The translations under genes and the position numbers were made by a program. Below the pieces are notes generated by a model. The model ran no database searches, was not told where the DNA came from, and saw only the letters and a list, made by a program, of their open reading frames with translations. This document shows positions 24,951-39,170 of a stretch of DNA of 64,000 nucleotides, piece after piece (within the stretch, counting starts at the first letter, position 1; every line of letters begins with the position of its first letter). The stretch lies in NCBI RefSeq assembly GCF_004010195.1, contig NW_025215344.1, forward strand, positions 32,625-96,624. Reading direction: 5' to 3'. Origin of the DNA: Chiloscyllium plagiosum (lineage: Eukaryota).

Positions 24951-25859
24951 CAATAGCACATCTAGTTAGACATCTGTCAGAAATACATACAAATTCTCTC
25001 CGTTGTTGCTGTTAATTTCTAAACATCCAGTATTACACGCTGTATAATAGATTCCAATAGTTTCCCTGCAGATGTGAAGTTAATTGGTCGGCAGTTCTCC
25101 AAACTTTGTCTTCTTCCCTTTATAGATGCTTTCCATGCTTGGATCCTTTCCATTAATCTATAGTGCTTGGACCACGTTTACTAACTTCTATTTATCCGCA
25201 ATGAATTCCGGCCTCTGCAGAATGCCACAGGAAAATAAAACAGTCTCGACAATGCATTTAATACTTCTATTACTGATTTATGCCTGACATTTTAATATGA
25301 AGTACATCAGGCTTGTCACACTTAGCAATGCTCAATCCAGTTATACTTTCAAATATTACCTTGTTACGGATATAAATTGACTTTATGTCTTTAGTTGTCT
25401 TTAGTTGCACAAGCCCCACAATATCACTGGGTATTACTCAGTGATTTTGTGGATCTTCCTCCATGAAGACTGATGCATAGTAGCTGATTATTTTCTTGAC
25501 AATTTCCCTGTTCTTCACAATAAACTCTCCTCTCCTGATTACAAATTTCCATATTTGACCTTGCTTTTATTTTGTTTCCTTTGAAATACAAGATTGTAGA
25601 CTTATGCAGTGTTTTTGTTCCTGTTTGTTAGCATTCATGTTCTCTTTCTGATTTCCTGATCAGTTTCAAGGCCCTCGTTTCTGGATCGTGAATTTCTGAA
25701 AATTCTCAGGTTTCCACTCTGACTGAAATTCTTCTGAAGCCACTTCCTATGATTAATACATTTTCGAATTTGTTATGTTAAACATCATTGTGTCACTTTT
25801 CCTTTTTTTAGTGTTTGTACCTGAAATAAATAGACGTATTTTTCAGACTTTATAATTCG

Positions 25860-27490
25860 AGTCATCTCCTGGTCTGACCAGATATATTCAGGAACACTGC
25901 AGGAGGACAGAGAAAGAATTGCGGGAGCCCTGGCTGATAGTTTTGCATCATCTCTGATCAACAGGTGAGGTCCCAGAGCACTGGAAAGTAGTGAAAGCTG
26001 TGCCCTCTACTCAAGAAGGGTGACAAAGAAAAACTTGAGAACTATAGACCAGTAAACCTAAAATCTGTAGTAGGTATCTTACTGGAAAAGGTTCTGAGAG
26101 ATAAGATATACATGCATTTGGAAAGACAGGGTGTGATTATAGTGCTCGAAAAGCATAGCAGGTCAAGGAGCACTCGAGGAACAGGAAAATCAATGTTTCA
26201 GGCAAAAGCCCATCATCAAATTCAGCACGGCTTTGTGCATGGGAGATCATGGCTCACAAATTTGTTCGAATTCTTTGATGATGTGACTAGCAACGTTGAG
26301 GGGGGACAGGGTGGTATACGTAGTCTATATGAATTCCAGTCAGGCCTTCAATCAGGTTCCACATGGTATGCTGCTCTGGAGGGTTAGATTGCATGAAATT
26401 TAGGAGGAGCTGCCAAATTAGATACAAAATTGTCTTGATGGTAGGAAGCAGAGGGTAATAGTGGAAGGATGCTTGTCAGACTGGAGGTCTGTGACTAGTG
26501 GAATGCCTCACTGGTTGGTGCTGCGACCACTGCATATTACATATATCTATAATTTAGATGAGAATATATCGGCATGATTTGTAAATTTGAAGATGACATG
26601 AAAATAAGCAGCGTCATAGAGAGTGAGGAAGGTTAGCAGAAATTTCAGAAAATACAGCAGTATCTTGATCAGCTGTAGAAGTGGCTGAGAAATGGCAAAT
26701 TTTAATATTGATCAGTGTAAGTTCTTGCATTTTAGAAAGTCAAATCAGGTTTGGAGTTTCATGGCGAATGGTTGGGTTCTAAGGAGTATCGTGGAACAGA
26801 GGGACCTTTGAATTCAGGTGCATGGTTCTCTGAAAGTTGATTCAAAGGTAGACAGGGCAGTGAAGAAAGCTTTTGGCACACTGGCCTTCATCAGTGTATG
26901 TCACTAAGTATGTAAATTAGGGAGTTACGTTGCAATTATACAGGATGCTGGTGAGACCATACTGGGAGCATTATGTTCAGTTGTGTTCACTTTGCTGTGG
27001 GAAGGATGATATTAAACTGGAAAACGTGCAGAAGAAATTTACAAGAATGTTGCAAAGAACTCAACAGTCTGAGATACAGGGAGAGGTTGGTCAAGCTAGG
27101 ACTTTTTACTTTAGATGTATGAGGCTGAGGGGGAATCTGAGAGAAGTGTATCAGATCATGGGAGGGATGGACAAAGTGAATGCACTCATTTTTTTTCCCC
27201 CAGGGTTAGGCAATCACGAACAAGAGGGCATCAGTTTAAGGTCAGAGGGGAAACAATAAAAGCAATCAACTGCTTTTCACACAGGGGCTGGTACACATAT
27301 GGAATGATGTGCCAGCGGAAGAGGTTGAGGTGGGAACATTCGCAACATTTACATGGCATTTGGACAAATACACAGACAGGAAAGGATTCGAAAAATGCAG
27401 GGTAATGGCAGGGAAATGGGGTTAGCGTGGATGGACATTTTGGTCGGAATGGACCAGTTTGAGCCGAAGGGCCTAACTCTCTGACACAAC
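25860..27490 (+). mobile_element. CR1/HER1-like LINE ORF2 (RT) 3' part, with a small PLE insert at about 26135-26218
   Basis: NYRPV.L.SV, QHGFVHGRS.LTNL.EFF, KFEDD.K and QLYRMLVRP.EH.VQ motifs; tail gccgaagggcct. Confidence 0.9.
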
Positions 27491-27682
27491 TATTGCTTGT
27501 GTCCGACTGAATGTTATATTGTACTTTCCCAATTCACTGGAGCGAACTTGACCCTCCAGGCTACCATGATGATTGACCAGAATGTTCAAGCATTCCATTT
27601 TATATGCAGACACCGTGTAAAATGTACCTTATTAATGTCACTATTCCTTAAAAGCTGTTTCAGAGCAAGGTTATTAATTCAT

Positions 27683-27930
27683 CCTTCTGGCCTATCACCC
27701 TCACCTTAACCTCCTTCAACCTATCGCTTTCCCAACGCCCCACCCCCGTGTCCCTCCTCCCTACCTTTTATCTTAGCCTACTTGGCACACCCTCCTCATT
27801 CCTGAAGAAGGGCTTATGCCCGAAACTTCGATTCTCTTGCTCCTTGGATGCTGCCTGACCTGCTGCGTTTATCCAACAACACATTTTTCAGCTCTGATCT
27901 CCAACGTCTGCAGTCCTCAATTTCTCCTCC
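27683..27930 (+). mobile_element. PLE 3' end with hammerhead variant (27798-27833)
   Basis: attc-CTGAAGA-a-gggcttatgccc-GAAAC-TTC-gatt; terminal tail ctgcagtcctcaatttctcctc. Confidence 0.8.
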
Positions 27931-30900
27931 GATGTTCATAGATAGGAAAGCAAGACTGGAGATGTTACAGAGAGAGGAATGCTAGGCTGGATATGTTACA
28001 GAGAGGGGAAAGCAAGTCTGGAGATGTTACAGAGAAAGGAAAGCAAGGCCAAAGATGCTACAGAGATAGGAAGACAAGGCTGGAGATGTTACAGAGAGTG
28101 AATAGCAAGGCTGAGACAGGAAAGCAAGTCAGGAGATGTTACAGAGACAGGAATGCCATGCTGGAAATGTTAATGAGATAGGAAAGCAAGGCAGGAGATG
28201 TTACAGAGAGAGAGGAAAGCAAGGCTGGAGATGTTACAGAGATATGAAAGCAAGTCTGGAGATGTTACAGAGAGTGGAAAGCAAGCCTGGAGATGTTAAA
28301 AAGACCTCTCCATTTCTATCTCAGGCGACCGACTCAACACTAACATTTACTATAAACCGACCAACACCCACAGCAAGTCTGGAGATGTTACAGAGATAGG
28401 AACGCAAGGCTGGAAATGTTAGAGAGATAGGAAAGCAAGTCGGGAGATGTTACGGAGAAAGGAAAGCAAGGCTGAATATGTTACAGAGATAGGAAAACAA
28501 TTCTGGAGATGTTACAGTGATAGGAAAGCAAGGCTGGAATTGTTACAGAGATAGGAAAGCAAGGCTGAAGTTGCTACAGAGATAGGAAAGCAAGGCTGGA
28601 GATGTTAATGAGATAGGATTGCCAGGCTGGAGATGTTACAGAGAGGGGAATACAAGTCTGGAGTTGTCACAGAGATAGAAAAGCAAGTCTGGAGATGTTA
28701 CGGAGATAGGAAAGAAAGGCTGGAGATGGTACAGAGAGAGGAAATCAAGGCTGGAGATATTACTGAGACAGGAATGCAAGGCTGGAGATGATACAGAGAT
28801 AGGAAAGCAAGGCTGATAATGTTGCAGAGATAGGAAAGCAAGGCTGGAGATGTTACAGAGAGAGGAAAAAAGTCAGGAGATGTTACAGAGATAAGGAAAG
28901 CAAGTCTGGACAGGTTCCAGAGATAGGAATGCCAGGCTGGAGATGTTAATGAGATAGGAAGGCAAGGTAGGAGATTGTACAGAGAGAGGGGAAAGCAAGG
29001 CTGGATATGTTGCAGAGATAGGAATGCAAGGCCGGAGACGTTACAGAGATAGGAAAGCAAGGCTGGAGATGTTAGAGAGAGAGGAAAGCAAGGCTGGAGA
29101 TGCTCCAGAGAGAGGAAAAAAGTCAGGAGATGTTCCAGAGATAAGGAAAGCAAGTCTGGAGAGGTTACAGAGATAGGAATGTCAGGCTGGAGATGTTAAT
29201 GAGATAGGAAAGCAAGGTAGGAGATGTTACGGAGAGAGATGAAAGCAAGGCCGGAGATGTTACAGAGATAGGAAAGCAAGGCTGGAGATGTTAATGAGAT
29301 AGGAAAGCAAGGCTGGAGATGTTACAGAGATAGGAAAGCAAGGCTGGAGATGTTAATGATAAAGGAAAGCAAGGCTGGAGATGTTACAGAGAGAGAGGAA
29401 AGGAAGGCTGAAAATGTTATAGAGATAGAAATGCAAGGCCGGAGATGTTACAGAGATATGAAAGCAAGGCCGGAGATGTTACAGAAATAGGAAAGCAAGT
29501 TTGCAGATATTACAGAGAGAGGAAAGCAAGGCTGGAGATGCTACAGAGAGAGGAAAGCAAGGCTGGAGATGCTACAGAGGGAGGAAAGCAAGGCTGGAGA
29601 TGCTACAGAGAGAGGAAAGCAAGGCTGGAGATGTTCCGGAGAGAGAGGAAAGGAAGGCCGGAGATGTTATAGATATAGGAAAACAAGTCTGGAGGTGTTA
29701 CAGAGAGTAGAAAGCAAGGCTGGAGATTTTACAGAGATAGGAAAGCAAGGCTGGAGTTATTACAGAGAGTGGAAGGCAAGGCTGGAGATGTTAATGAGAT
29801 AGGAAAGCAAGGCTGGAGATGTTAATGAGATAGGAAAGCAAGGCTGGAGATGTTAATGAGATAGGAAAGCAAGGCTGGAGATGTTAATGAGATAGGAAAG
29901 CAAGGCTGGAGATGTTAATGAGATAGGAAAGCAAGGCTGGAGATGTTAATGAGATAGGAAAGCAAGGCTGGAGATGTTAATGAGATAGGAAAGCAAGGCT
30001 GGAGATGTTAATGAGATAGGAAAGCAAGGCTGGAGATGTTAACAGAGAAAGCAAAGCAAGGCCGAAGATGCTGCAGAGATAGGAAGGCAAGGCTGCAGAT
30101 GCTACAGAGATTGGAAGGCAAGGCTGGAGATGAGAAAGAGATAGGAAAGCAAGGTTAGAGATTGTACAGGGATAGGAAAGTAAGGCTGGAGACATTACAG
30201 GGAGAAGAAAGCAAGCCTGGCGATGTTACGGTGATAGGAAAGCAATGCTGGAGATGTTACCGATAGAGAAAAGCAAGGCTGTGGAAGTTACAGAGATAGA
30301 AAAGCAAGGCGAGAGGTGTTCCAGTGAGTGAATACCAAGGCTGGATATATTACTGAGACAGGAAAGCAAAGCTGGAGATGTTACTGAGAGAGGGAAACAA
30401 GTCAGGAGATGTTAAAGAGATAGGAAAGCAACTTTGGAGAGGAAAAGAGATAGGAAAGCAAGGCTGGTGATGTTACAGTGACAGGAAATAAGTCAGGAGA
30501 TGTTACAGAGATAAGGAAAGCAATTCTGGAGAGTAACAGAGATAGGAATGCCAGGCTGGAGATGTTAATGAGATAGGAAAGCAACGCTGGAGATGTTAAT
30601 GAGATAGGAAAGTAAGTCGAGAGGTGTTACAGATAGTGAATAGCAAGGCTGTATATATTACTGAGAGAGGAAATCAAAGCTGGAGATGTTAATGCGAGAG
30701 AAAAACAAGTCAGGAGATGTTACACCGATATGAAAGCAAGGCTGGAGATGTTATAGAGAGTGGAAAGCAAGACCAGAGATGTTACAGAGATAGGAAAGCA
30801 AGTTTGCAGATGTTACACAGAGAGGAGAGCAAGGCTGGAGATGTTACAGAAAGAGGAACACAAAGCTGGAGATGTGACAGAGAGAGGAAAGCAAGGCTGG

Positions 30901-32710
30901 AGATGGTTCAGAGAGTGGAGAGCCAGGCTGGAGATGTTACAGAGAGAGGAAAGCAAGTCTGGAGATGGTACACTGAGTGGAAAGCAAGGCTAGAGATGTT
31001 ACAGAGAGAGGCAAGTAATGTTGCAGAGAGAGCTAAGCAAAGCTGGAGATGTTACAGAGAGAGGAAAGCAAGGCTGGAGATGGTTCAGATAGTGGAGGGC
31101 AAGGCCGGAGATGTTACAGAGATAGTAAAGCAAGACCGGAAATGTTACAGAGATAGTAAAGCTAATTTGCAGGTGTTACAGAGAGAGGAAAGCAAGACTG
31201 GAGATGTTACAGAGAAAGCAAAGCAAGGCCGAAGATGCTACAGAGATAGGAAGGCAAGGCTGGAGATGTTACAGAGAGAGCAAAGCAACGCTGGAGATGG
31301 TTCAGAGAGAGGAAAGCAAGGCTGGAGATGTTACAGAGAGTGGAGAGCCAGGCTGGAGATGTTACAGAGAGAGGACAGCAAGGCTGGAGATGGTACATTG
31401 AGTGGAAAGCAAGGCTAGAGATGTTACAGAGAGAGGCAAGTAAGGCCGTAGATGTTACAGAGATATGAAAGCAAGGCGGGAGATGTTACAGAGATAGGAA
31501 TGCAAGGCCGGAGATGTTACAGACATAAGTAAAGCAAGTTTGCAGGTGTTAGAAAAAGAGGAAAGCAAGGCAAGAGATGTTACAGAGAGAGGAAAGCAAG
31601 GCCGGGGATGTTATAGAGATAGGAATACAGTTCCGGAGATGTTACAGAGATATGAAATCAAGGCTGGAGATGTTACAGAAAGAGGAACGCAAAGCTGGAG
31701 AGGTTACAGAGAGAGAAAAGCAAAGCTGGAGATGTTACAGAGAGAGGAACGCAAAGCTGGAGATGTTACAGAGAGAAAAAAGCAAGGCTGGAGATGGTTC
31801 AGAGAGTTCAAAGCAAGGCCAGAGATGTTACAGAGAGTGGAAAACAAGGCCAGAGATGTTACAGAGAGTGGAAAGCAAGGCTGGAGATGTTACAGAGAGA
31901 GGAAAGCAAGGCCGGAGATGTTACAGAGATATGAACGCAAGGTTGGAAATGTTACAGAGATAGGAAAGCCAGACTGGAGATGTTACAGAGATAGGAAAGC
32001 AAGTTTGCAGATGTTACNNNNNNNNNNNNNNNNNNNNNNNNNNNNNNNNNNNNNNNNNNNNNNNNNNNNNNNNNNNNNNNNNNNNNNNNNNNNNNNNNNN
32101 NNNNNNNNNNNNNNNNNNNNNNNNNNNNNNNNNNNNNNNNNNNNNNNNNNNNNNNNNNNNNNNNNNNNNNNNNNNNNNNNNNNNNNNNNNNNNNNNNNNN
32201 NNNNNNNNNNNNNNNNNNNNNNNNNNNNNNNNNNNNNNNNNNNNNNNNNNNNNNNNNNNNNNNNNNNNNNNNNNNNNNNNNNNNNNNNNNNNNNNNNNNN
32301 NNNNNNNNNNNNNNNNNNNNNNNNNNNNNNNNNNNNNNNNNNNNNNNNNNNNNNNNNNNNNNNNNNNNNNNNNNNNNNNNNNNNNNNNNNNNNNNNNNNN
32401 NNNNNNNNNNNNNNNNNNNNNNNNNNNNNNNNNNNNNNNNNNNNNNNNNNNNNNNNNNNNNNNNNNNNNNNNNNNNNNNNNNNNNNNNNNNNNNNNNNNN
32501 NNNNNNNNNNNNNNNNNNNNNNNNNNNNNNNNAGGAAAGCAAGGCTGGAGATGTTACAGAGGGAGGAAAGCAAGGCCGAAGATGCTACAGAGATAGGAAA
32601 GCAAGGCTGGAGTTATTACAGAGAGTGGAAGGCAAGGCTGGAGATGTTGAGGAGAGAGAGAGGAAAGCAAGGCTGGAGATGTTACAGAGAGTGAATAGCA
32701 AGGCTGGAGA
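27931..32710. repeat. 31-bp purine-rich satellite, unit gagatgttacagagataggaaagcaaggctg (more than 130 copies, spans a gap)
   Basis: Exact 31-bp period at 29790-30040; variant units elsewhere. Confidence 0.97.
32018..32532. other. Assembly gap (515 N) inside the satellite
   Basis: Run of N. Confidence 0.99.
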
Positions 32711-35700
32711 CACACACACACTCCGCATCTCTCGCACAGACACAATATAAATCTGGGGGGCATTTGCAGATTTATATTTGGGGATAGATTGTATTTTGTT
32801 CAAAACAACATTCAATTTGTACGCAGCCAATCAGTGTGGCATTTTATAAAGTCCTGCTTTGGAAATAAAACCAGGATGACTCCCGGGTAAAACAAGTCGG
32901 ACTCCACTCAAGACCTTCCATAATTTGTGCAGGGAAGGTCACATTTTAGCAAACATAATAGAATTCTTTGATGAATGACAAAGTTGACGTGGAGAAAGGA
33001 CTGTAGATATCATATACATGGACTTCAGTAAGGCGTTTGATGAGATAGACTAATGAAGGTGAAGGTGAAATCACAAGGCATCCAGGGTGTACTAGCTAGA
33101 TGGATTAGATAACTGGCTGGGCAACAGGAGACAGAGAGTAGTAATGAAAGAGAGTTTCTCAAAATGGACAACTGTTCTGTGTGGTGTTTCACAGGGATCC
33201 GTGCTGGTACCACTGTTTGTTGTGATGTACTTGATCTGAAGGAAGGTATAGATGGTCTGATTAGCAAATTTGCAGATTACACTAAGATTGGTAGAGTAGC
33301 AGAAAGTTGAGGGGAATGTCAGAGAACACAACTGAATGTAGATGGATTGGAGAGTTGGGTGAAGAAAGGGTAGATGACAGGTGATGCATTTTGGAAGATC
33401 GAATTCGAGAACAAATTATACAGTAACTGGGGAATATTGATGTACAGAGAGATCTGCGTGTTCAGGTCCATTGTTCGCTGAAAGTGGCAGGTCGATAGAA
33501 TGATCAAGAAGGCATACAGCATACTTTCCTTCCTGCATTCTAACAATTTAAGAAGTGGAGAACCACAGACCAGTTAACTCGTCACCTACAGGAGGAAATC
33601 TGTTGGAATCTATTGCGTACAAGAGTAGGCAGGCCATATTACAGTTGTATAGGACTTTGATTCGGCCACATTCAGAATACTATGAACAGTTCTGGTTGCC
33701 ACATTACTGAAAGGATCTGGATGCTTTGGAAAGAGGGCAGAGGATTTTCACCAGGATGTTGCCTAGCATGGAGAGAACGATATATAAAGAGAGATTTGAT
33801 AGATTAGGGTTATTTTCATTAAAAATACGGAGGTTGAGGGAGGACTTGATTGAGGTTTATAAAACCATGACAGGTGTAAATAGCGTGGATAGCAAGAAGT
33901 TTATTCCCAGAGTGGGGAGTCAGTTACTCGGGATCAAGAATTCATGACGAAAGGGGAAGAGTTTGGGGATATGCTCAAAAACTTCTTTGCACAGAGGGTT
34001 TTGGATGTTGGGTTGCGTTGCCAGTGGAGGTGGTAGAGGTGGGGACGAAAGCGTCAGTTAATATGTATCCAGACAGAGACGTGAATGGGCAGGGAGCAGA
34101 GAGATACAGACATTAGAAAATAGGCGACAGGTAATCTTAGAGGATCTGGATTGACACAGGCTTGGAGGACTGAAGGAGTTGTTCCTGTGCTGTGATTTTC
34201 TTTGTTATTTGTAAATACTAGCGAAAAGTGTCTGTTGATACTTGAAAGAAAAATGAAACCAAGATCAAATATGGCACAACGAATGTGTGGATATGAGAAT
34301 TTATTGTAGAGAGTAGAAAAATGATAAGGAGACAAAACAGTTACATTGCGTCTGTCTTCAAAGAGGAAGATGCAGAAGATCTCCCAGAAATACCAAGTCA
34401 CCACGGGACCTTTGTAACTAAAGACTAAAATCAATCATATACAGTTACGAGGTAGTATTTGGAAACAGAACTGGGATGAGGATTGATAAATCTGACAGAC
34501 TGGATATAATTCAAACTGAAATTTCAGAGAAAACAGCAATACACATGTTGATTGCAAAAGGGGCCACTGTATTTTTCTGTATTCACTTCGGAAGGTTATA
34601 AATGCATTCAAATGAATTATGAAGGGAAGAAGTGGGAGAGTGGAGGACTACAGGCCAGTTAGTTGTCATCCACAGTAGAGAATCTGTTGCAACCTATTGG
34701 ATACTGAGCAAATTTCAAGAGAGTTGTTCTGCATTTATGAAAGGGAAGTTATAATTTATAATTGTTTTCTTGAAGATATCTCTCTGTAGATGTAAACAAT
34801 GGTGAATCAGTGACTGTGGTACAGTCAGATATTCAGGAGGAGGTTTAATCAGCACATAGAGTAAGTTATCAGAAAACATTAAAGCAAAGTGTATTGGGAG
34901 GAACATATGCAAATGGCGAAGGTAAGCATTAGAGAAAACATTGGAGAACATAGGTGGTTGTAGAAGGCTGTTTGTGTGACTGCAGACCAGTGTACGCTGG
35001 TGTACCACAGGTGTCAGTGCTGTGCCCCTTTAAATGCCTTCATTTAAAGGGAATCCGAATATAGATGATGAAGTATCAATTAGACTCAAAGTGTCAGCTT
35101 GCTCTCTCTTTACGGATGCTGTCTGACTAACTGTGATCTCTAGCATGTGTTGGTTTCAGTACAGATTCATCTTCTGCAGTAATTTGCTCCTACTAGAAGT
35201 AAAGACATTCTGCACTAGTAACACAGAGAGTTGGGGAGACTGTACCTGGACTGGACCTGTACAATTTTGGTGTCTTGATCTAAGTAAAATATTCTGATCA
35301 CATATACTGAATGGGCATTCTCCTGATTAATCTCTCAGCTGGAACAATGGTCTGCTGAGGAGACTTGGTCTGAGATCAAGGCGGGAATCTGTGTTTGAAA
35401 CTGGAGAACGTTGATTGATTGTTATTTGAGAACTTCACGTCTGTTTACTTGGGAAAAGGAGGAGCCAGGTACAGAATTCAAGAAGATGGACTGGGAAGCT
35501 CTTGAACAGATTGATGTAAGATGTGAGTCGGGATTCATGGTTTTGGCTGGTATAAAATTGGACCAATCCCCAGGTCCAGATTAGTTACATCTCGGGCTGC
35601 TGTTGGAGACAAGGGATGAAAGGCGCTGATGCAAATGTTTATAGAATCTAGTCACAGGTGAGGTACCTGAGGACTGGAGAACACCCTTTATAGGAAGGGT

Positions 35701-37020
35701 TGTAGAGATAGAGCAGGGAACTATACACTAGTGTGTTTCAAATCGGTGTTTGAGAAAAGTTTGCAAAAAATAGGTTGTGGTAGAAGGCTGTTTGTGTGAT
35801 TGGAGACCGGTGTCCCCTGATATACCACAATGATCAGTGCTGTGTCCCTTATTATTTGTGGTATTTATAAATGATGTAGGTGTGAATGTGGAGGGGGAGT
35901 GGCAGCGTGATAAGTAAGTCTGTGTTTGACACAAATATTGGCTGGGTGTTTGGCAGTGTGGAGGAAGTTCTTATGTTACAGGAAGATGCAGATGGAATGG
36001 TCAGATGGGTGGATCAATGGCAGATAGGACATAACTCTGATAAATATGAGGTGATGCACTTTGGAGGAAGGAACCACACAGGAGAGTACACAATGAATGG
36101 CAGCACACCAGGAAGCTCAGATGGTGCTTCTCCACACATCCGTGAATGTAACGGGGGAGGATCAAAGATTATGTAAGAAATCATTGGAAAAAGTAGGCAT
36201 ATCCTTTACTCATCGAGGCATAGATTACAAGAGCTATGTAGCACTTTGGTTAGGTCAAGATGGAATACTATTTGGGGTTCTGGGAGCAACATTACAGGCA
36301 GGATGTGATTGTTCAGGAGGGGGCACAGAGATTCACCAGGATGTTCCCAAGGATGGAGCATATGGAGAGAGGTTTCATAAGCTCCATTTGTTTACTTTGG
36401 AGCAGAGAAGGCTTTGGGGGACGTGATTCAGGATAAGATTACGAGGGTCAAGGGCACGGTGGATAGACAGCAGCTGTTCCTTTTAGTCAAAGAGCCAAGA
36501 ACAGGCGAACACACTTTTAAAGGGAAGGATTTGATATTTAGAGAGGAGTCAGGGATTATTTTTCAAAAGAGGGTTATGGGGTGGGGGGTTGTTATCACGG
36601 GTCACGTCACAACCATTAAAAAGTATTTGGACGAGCACTTGAAGTGTCAAACCATTCATGGCTATGGGACTGATGTAGTAAAGTTGGAATAATATAGATC
36701 GTGCTGTAATTTTGATGCTACACAGCCTATGCTTCTGTGATTGTATGGCTGTGAAAGGTCAATCATTGAACAGCTTAAGACAGGAAGTAATAGGTTTCGG
36801 AGCAGTACATTAAACAAGCGTGAAACGTAAAAGTTTCTCAAATTGCCAACATTTCACCTTGGTATATTGTAAAGATAATTGTAGCTTCGTTACAGTCGAA
36901 AACCAGCGAATGGTGAACAGGAAAATGGCAGAGTATGAAGCAACTTCTTCCATTCTGCCTTCATGAAAGAAGAAAAATAAAAACTTCCAAGCAATTCTAT
37001 GTCTACTGAGAAAAAGCAGG
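32711..37020 (+). repeat. Segmental duplication A, copy 1 (mosaic of CR1 fragments)
   Basis: Same order of fragments and same chimeric junctions as 49800-54525. Confidence 0.85.
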
Positions 37021-37617
37021 AAATACAATCGTATCCGTAAATAAACAGTTTTGAAGAAAATATTTGGTCTGAAATCTGATAAATCCCCATGGCCTGATAA
37101 TCTTTATCTATGATTCCTGAAGGAGGTGGCCACGGTAATAATGAATACTTTGCTTGCTGTCTTCCAAATTCCTGATGACTGAATTCACAGATTTGAGAGC
37201 AGCAAATATAACCCCAGTATTTCTAAAGGAGGCAGGGAGAAAGCAGGGAATTACAGTCTGCCTAGTACCAAAGAAGCAATCAGGACAATACAAGAGTCTA
37301 TTAGAAAGAATGCTTTGCCAGGGAACTTTGAGAATTAAATTAATTTGAAAGTAATGAACATGGATCAAGTCAATACCAAATTATTAAAGGTGAATCATAT
37401 TTGAGAAACCGACTGGGAAATAAATTATGGCGAAGCAATAGATGCAGAAACTTTTTGATGAAGTCCCAAGTCTCGTGTTGTGAAAATGCTACCCCTTTAA
37501 CAAGGTCATGTTGTCCTTGTTTTTTTTTTCAAAGATGTCTTAAAAGCAGTGAATCCGAAATATCTTGGTTTGACTGTTCTAAAATAAAAGCACGGACAAT
37601 AAGGAGCAAGCTATGCT

Positions 37618-37792
37618 AGTGCATTGGCGTTGTTAAATTGCCCATAGTGTTCAGGGATGCGTAGGTTGAGTCCATTAGTCAGGCGTAAATGCAGGATATG
37701 GGAATGGGTCTGGTTGGTTTAGTCTTCAGAGAATCGTTTTGGAGGTTTTGGGCTGAAGAGCCTGTTTCCACACTGCAGCGGTTCTAATTCTA
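37618..37792 (+). mobile_element. 5'-truncated HE1-type SINE
   Basis: taaattgcccatagtgtt..tgggctgaagagcctgtttccacactg tail. Confidence 0.7.
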
Positions 37793-38029
37793 ACATTCAT
37801 ATGGATCTTTTCCCTTCCAGTCGTGCCACTTTCAGTGTTTAAATTGAATGTGTTTCCCTCTATTTCTCTCCATGGTCTTCATTAAGAACTCTTGCGTCAA
37901 TGATGCCAGTCTTATGTCGTTTCAGAACCAATGAATTTCTACATCTTGTATTATTGTTCACCCCCCGGTGTATGGCACTCCATGTTCGACAGGGCGTTTG
38001 AGCTGCTTGGACACGTCTTTCAAGCTGTT

Positions 38030-39170
38030 CAAAACCAGAAATTGCTGGAAAAAATCAGCAGATCGAGCAGCTGTGGAGACAGAGAGACAGAGACAGTGTT
38101 TCAAGTCCAGCGTGACCCTTATTTAGAACTGAAAAGAACTCCTTCATCCCTTGACAAAAGTGGACGAGGGATGATGGGAAACAGATCATGTGGAGATGCA
38201 ATGCCACAAAGGAATGAGCTTTTAATTGTGATGAAAGAGAAACAGATGTAAAATGAGTGTCAATTAAAGTGTAAATGGGAGAAATGCGTTCTCTCTCTTG
38301 AGTGCAAGATAAACAAGTCACAGACAATATCATAGAGAAACCAGGAAGAAGAATGTATGAAAAATGGAGAACAGCCATAATGGGGTCAGGCTGTAGAATT
38401 GTGGAATTGAATATTAACTCCTACAGGCTGTAATATACCAAAGTGTAAAGTGAGATGTTACTCAAGATTGGGTTGTGCTTTTTTGGAACATTACAGCAAC
38501 TCAGGACCGAAAAGTCAGCATGAGAACAACGTAGGTTATTGGAATGGGAAGAAATGGGAAGGTCAATATTATTCCTACAGAGAGAGTGGAACTCTTCCTT
38601 AAAACAGTCTCTGTTTAGTCTCCCAAGTAAGGGAGACTGCATTGTGAGCAGCAGGAGACAGGATTGAACGAATTCAAGTGGAATGCTGCTTCAACTGGAA
38701 GTTGTGATTGGGGCCCTGGACAGTGAGGAGTGAAGAGGTGAATAGGCAAGTGTTGCACCTTCTGCAATTGCATGCAAAGGTACCATGGGGGGAGTGGGGA
38801 AGTGTTCAGTGTGATGGGGAGTGTCATAGAAGGAATGGTCCCCATGTAATGCTGACAGTGGACGGGAGGGAAAGATGTGTTTAATGGTGTAACCCTTCTG
38901 GAGGTGGTGGAAGTGGCAGAGGATTGTAGTGGATTGTAGTGGAGTAGGAAGTGATGACAAGGGGAGATATATCATTGTTCTGGGAAGGAGGGGACTGAGT
39001 GAGGGTGACACTGTGGGCGATGGCACAGTGACAGCTGAAGGCCCTATCTACTGGAGTTCGGGGATTTCTGGTTTGAAGAAAAAGGAGGTCACGTCAGAGG
39101 CAGTTCTCTGGAATGTGCCATCATCAAACAGAAACAACAGAGATGGAGAAACTGGGAGAATAGAGTCAGC
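38030..39170 (-). mobile_element. Old Penelope-like element remnant (RT linker, GIY-YIG region and terminus)
   Basis: Minus frames give ILCHFHHLQ..KHIFPSRPLSA..DHS and LPISSH.N..SHADFSVL; terminal fragment at 38030-38130. Confidence 0.75.

Noticed and set aside
30717..32694. Long ORFs of 233 and 384 aa
   Set aside because: Translations of the 31-bp satellite, and the longer one reads through an N gap
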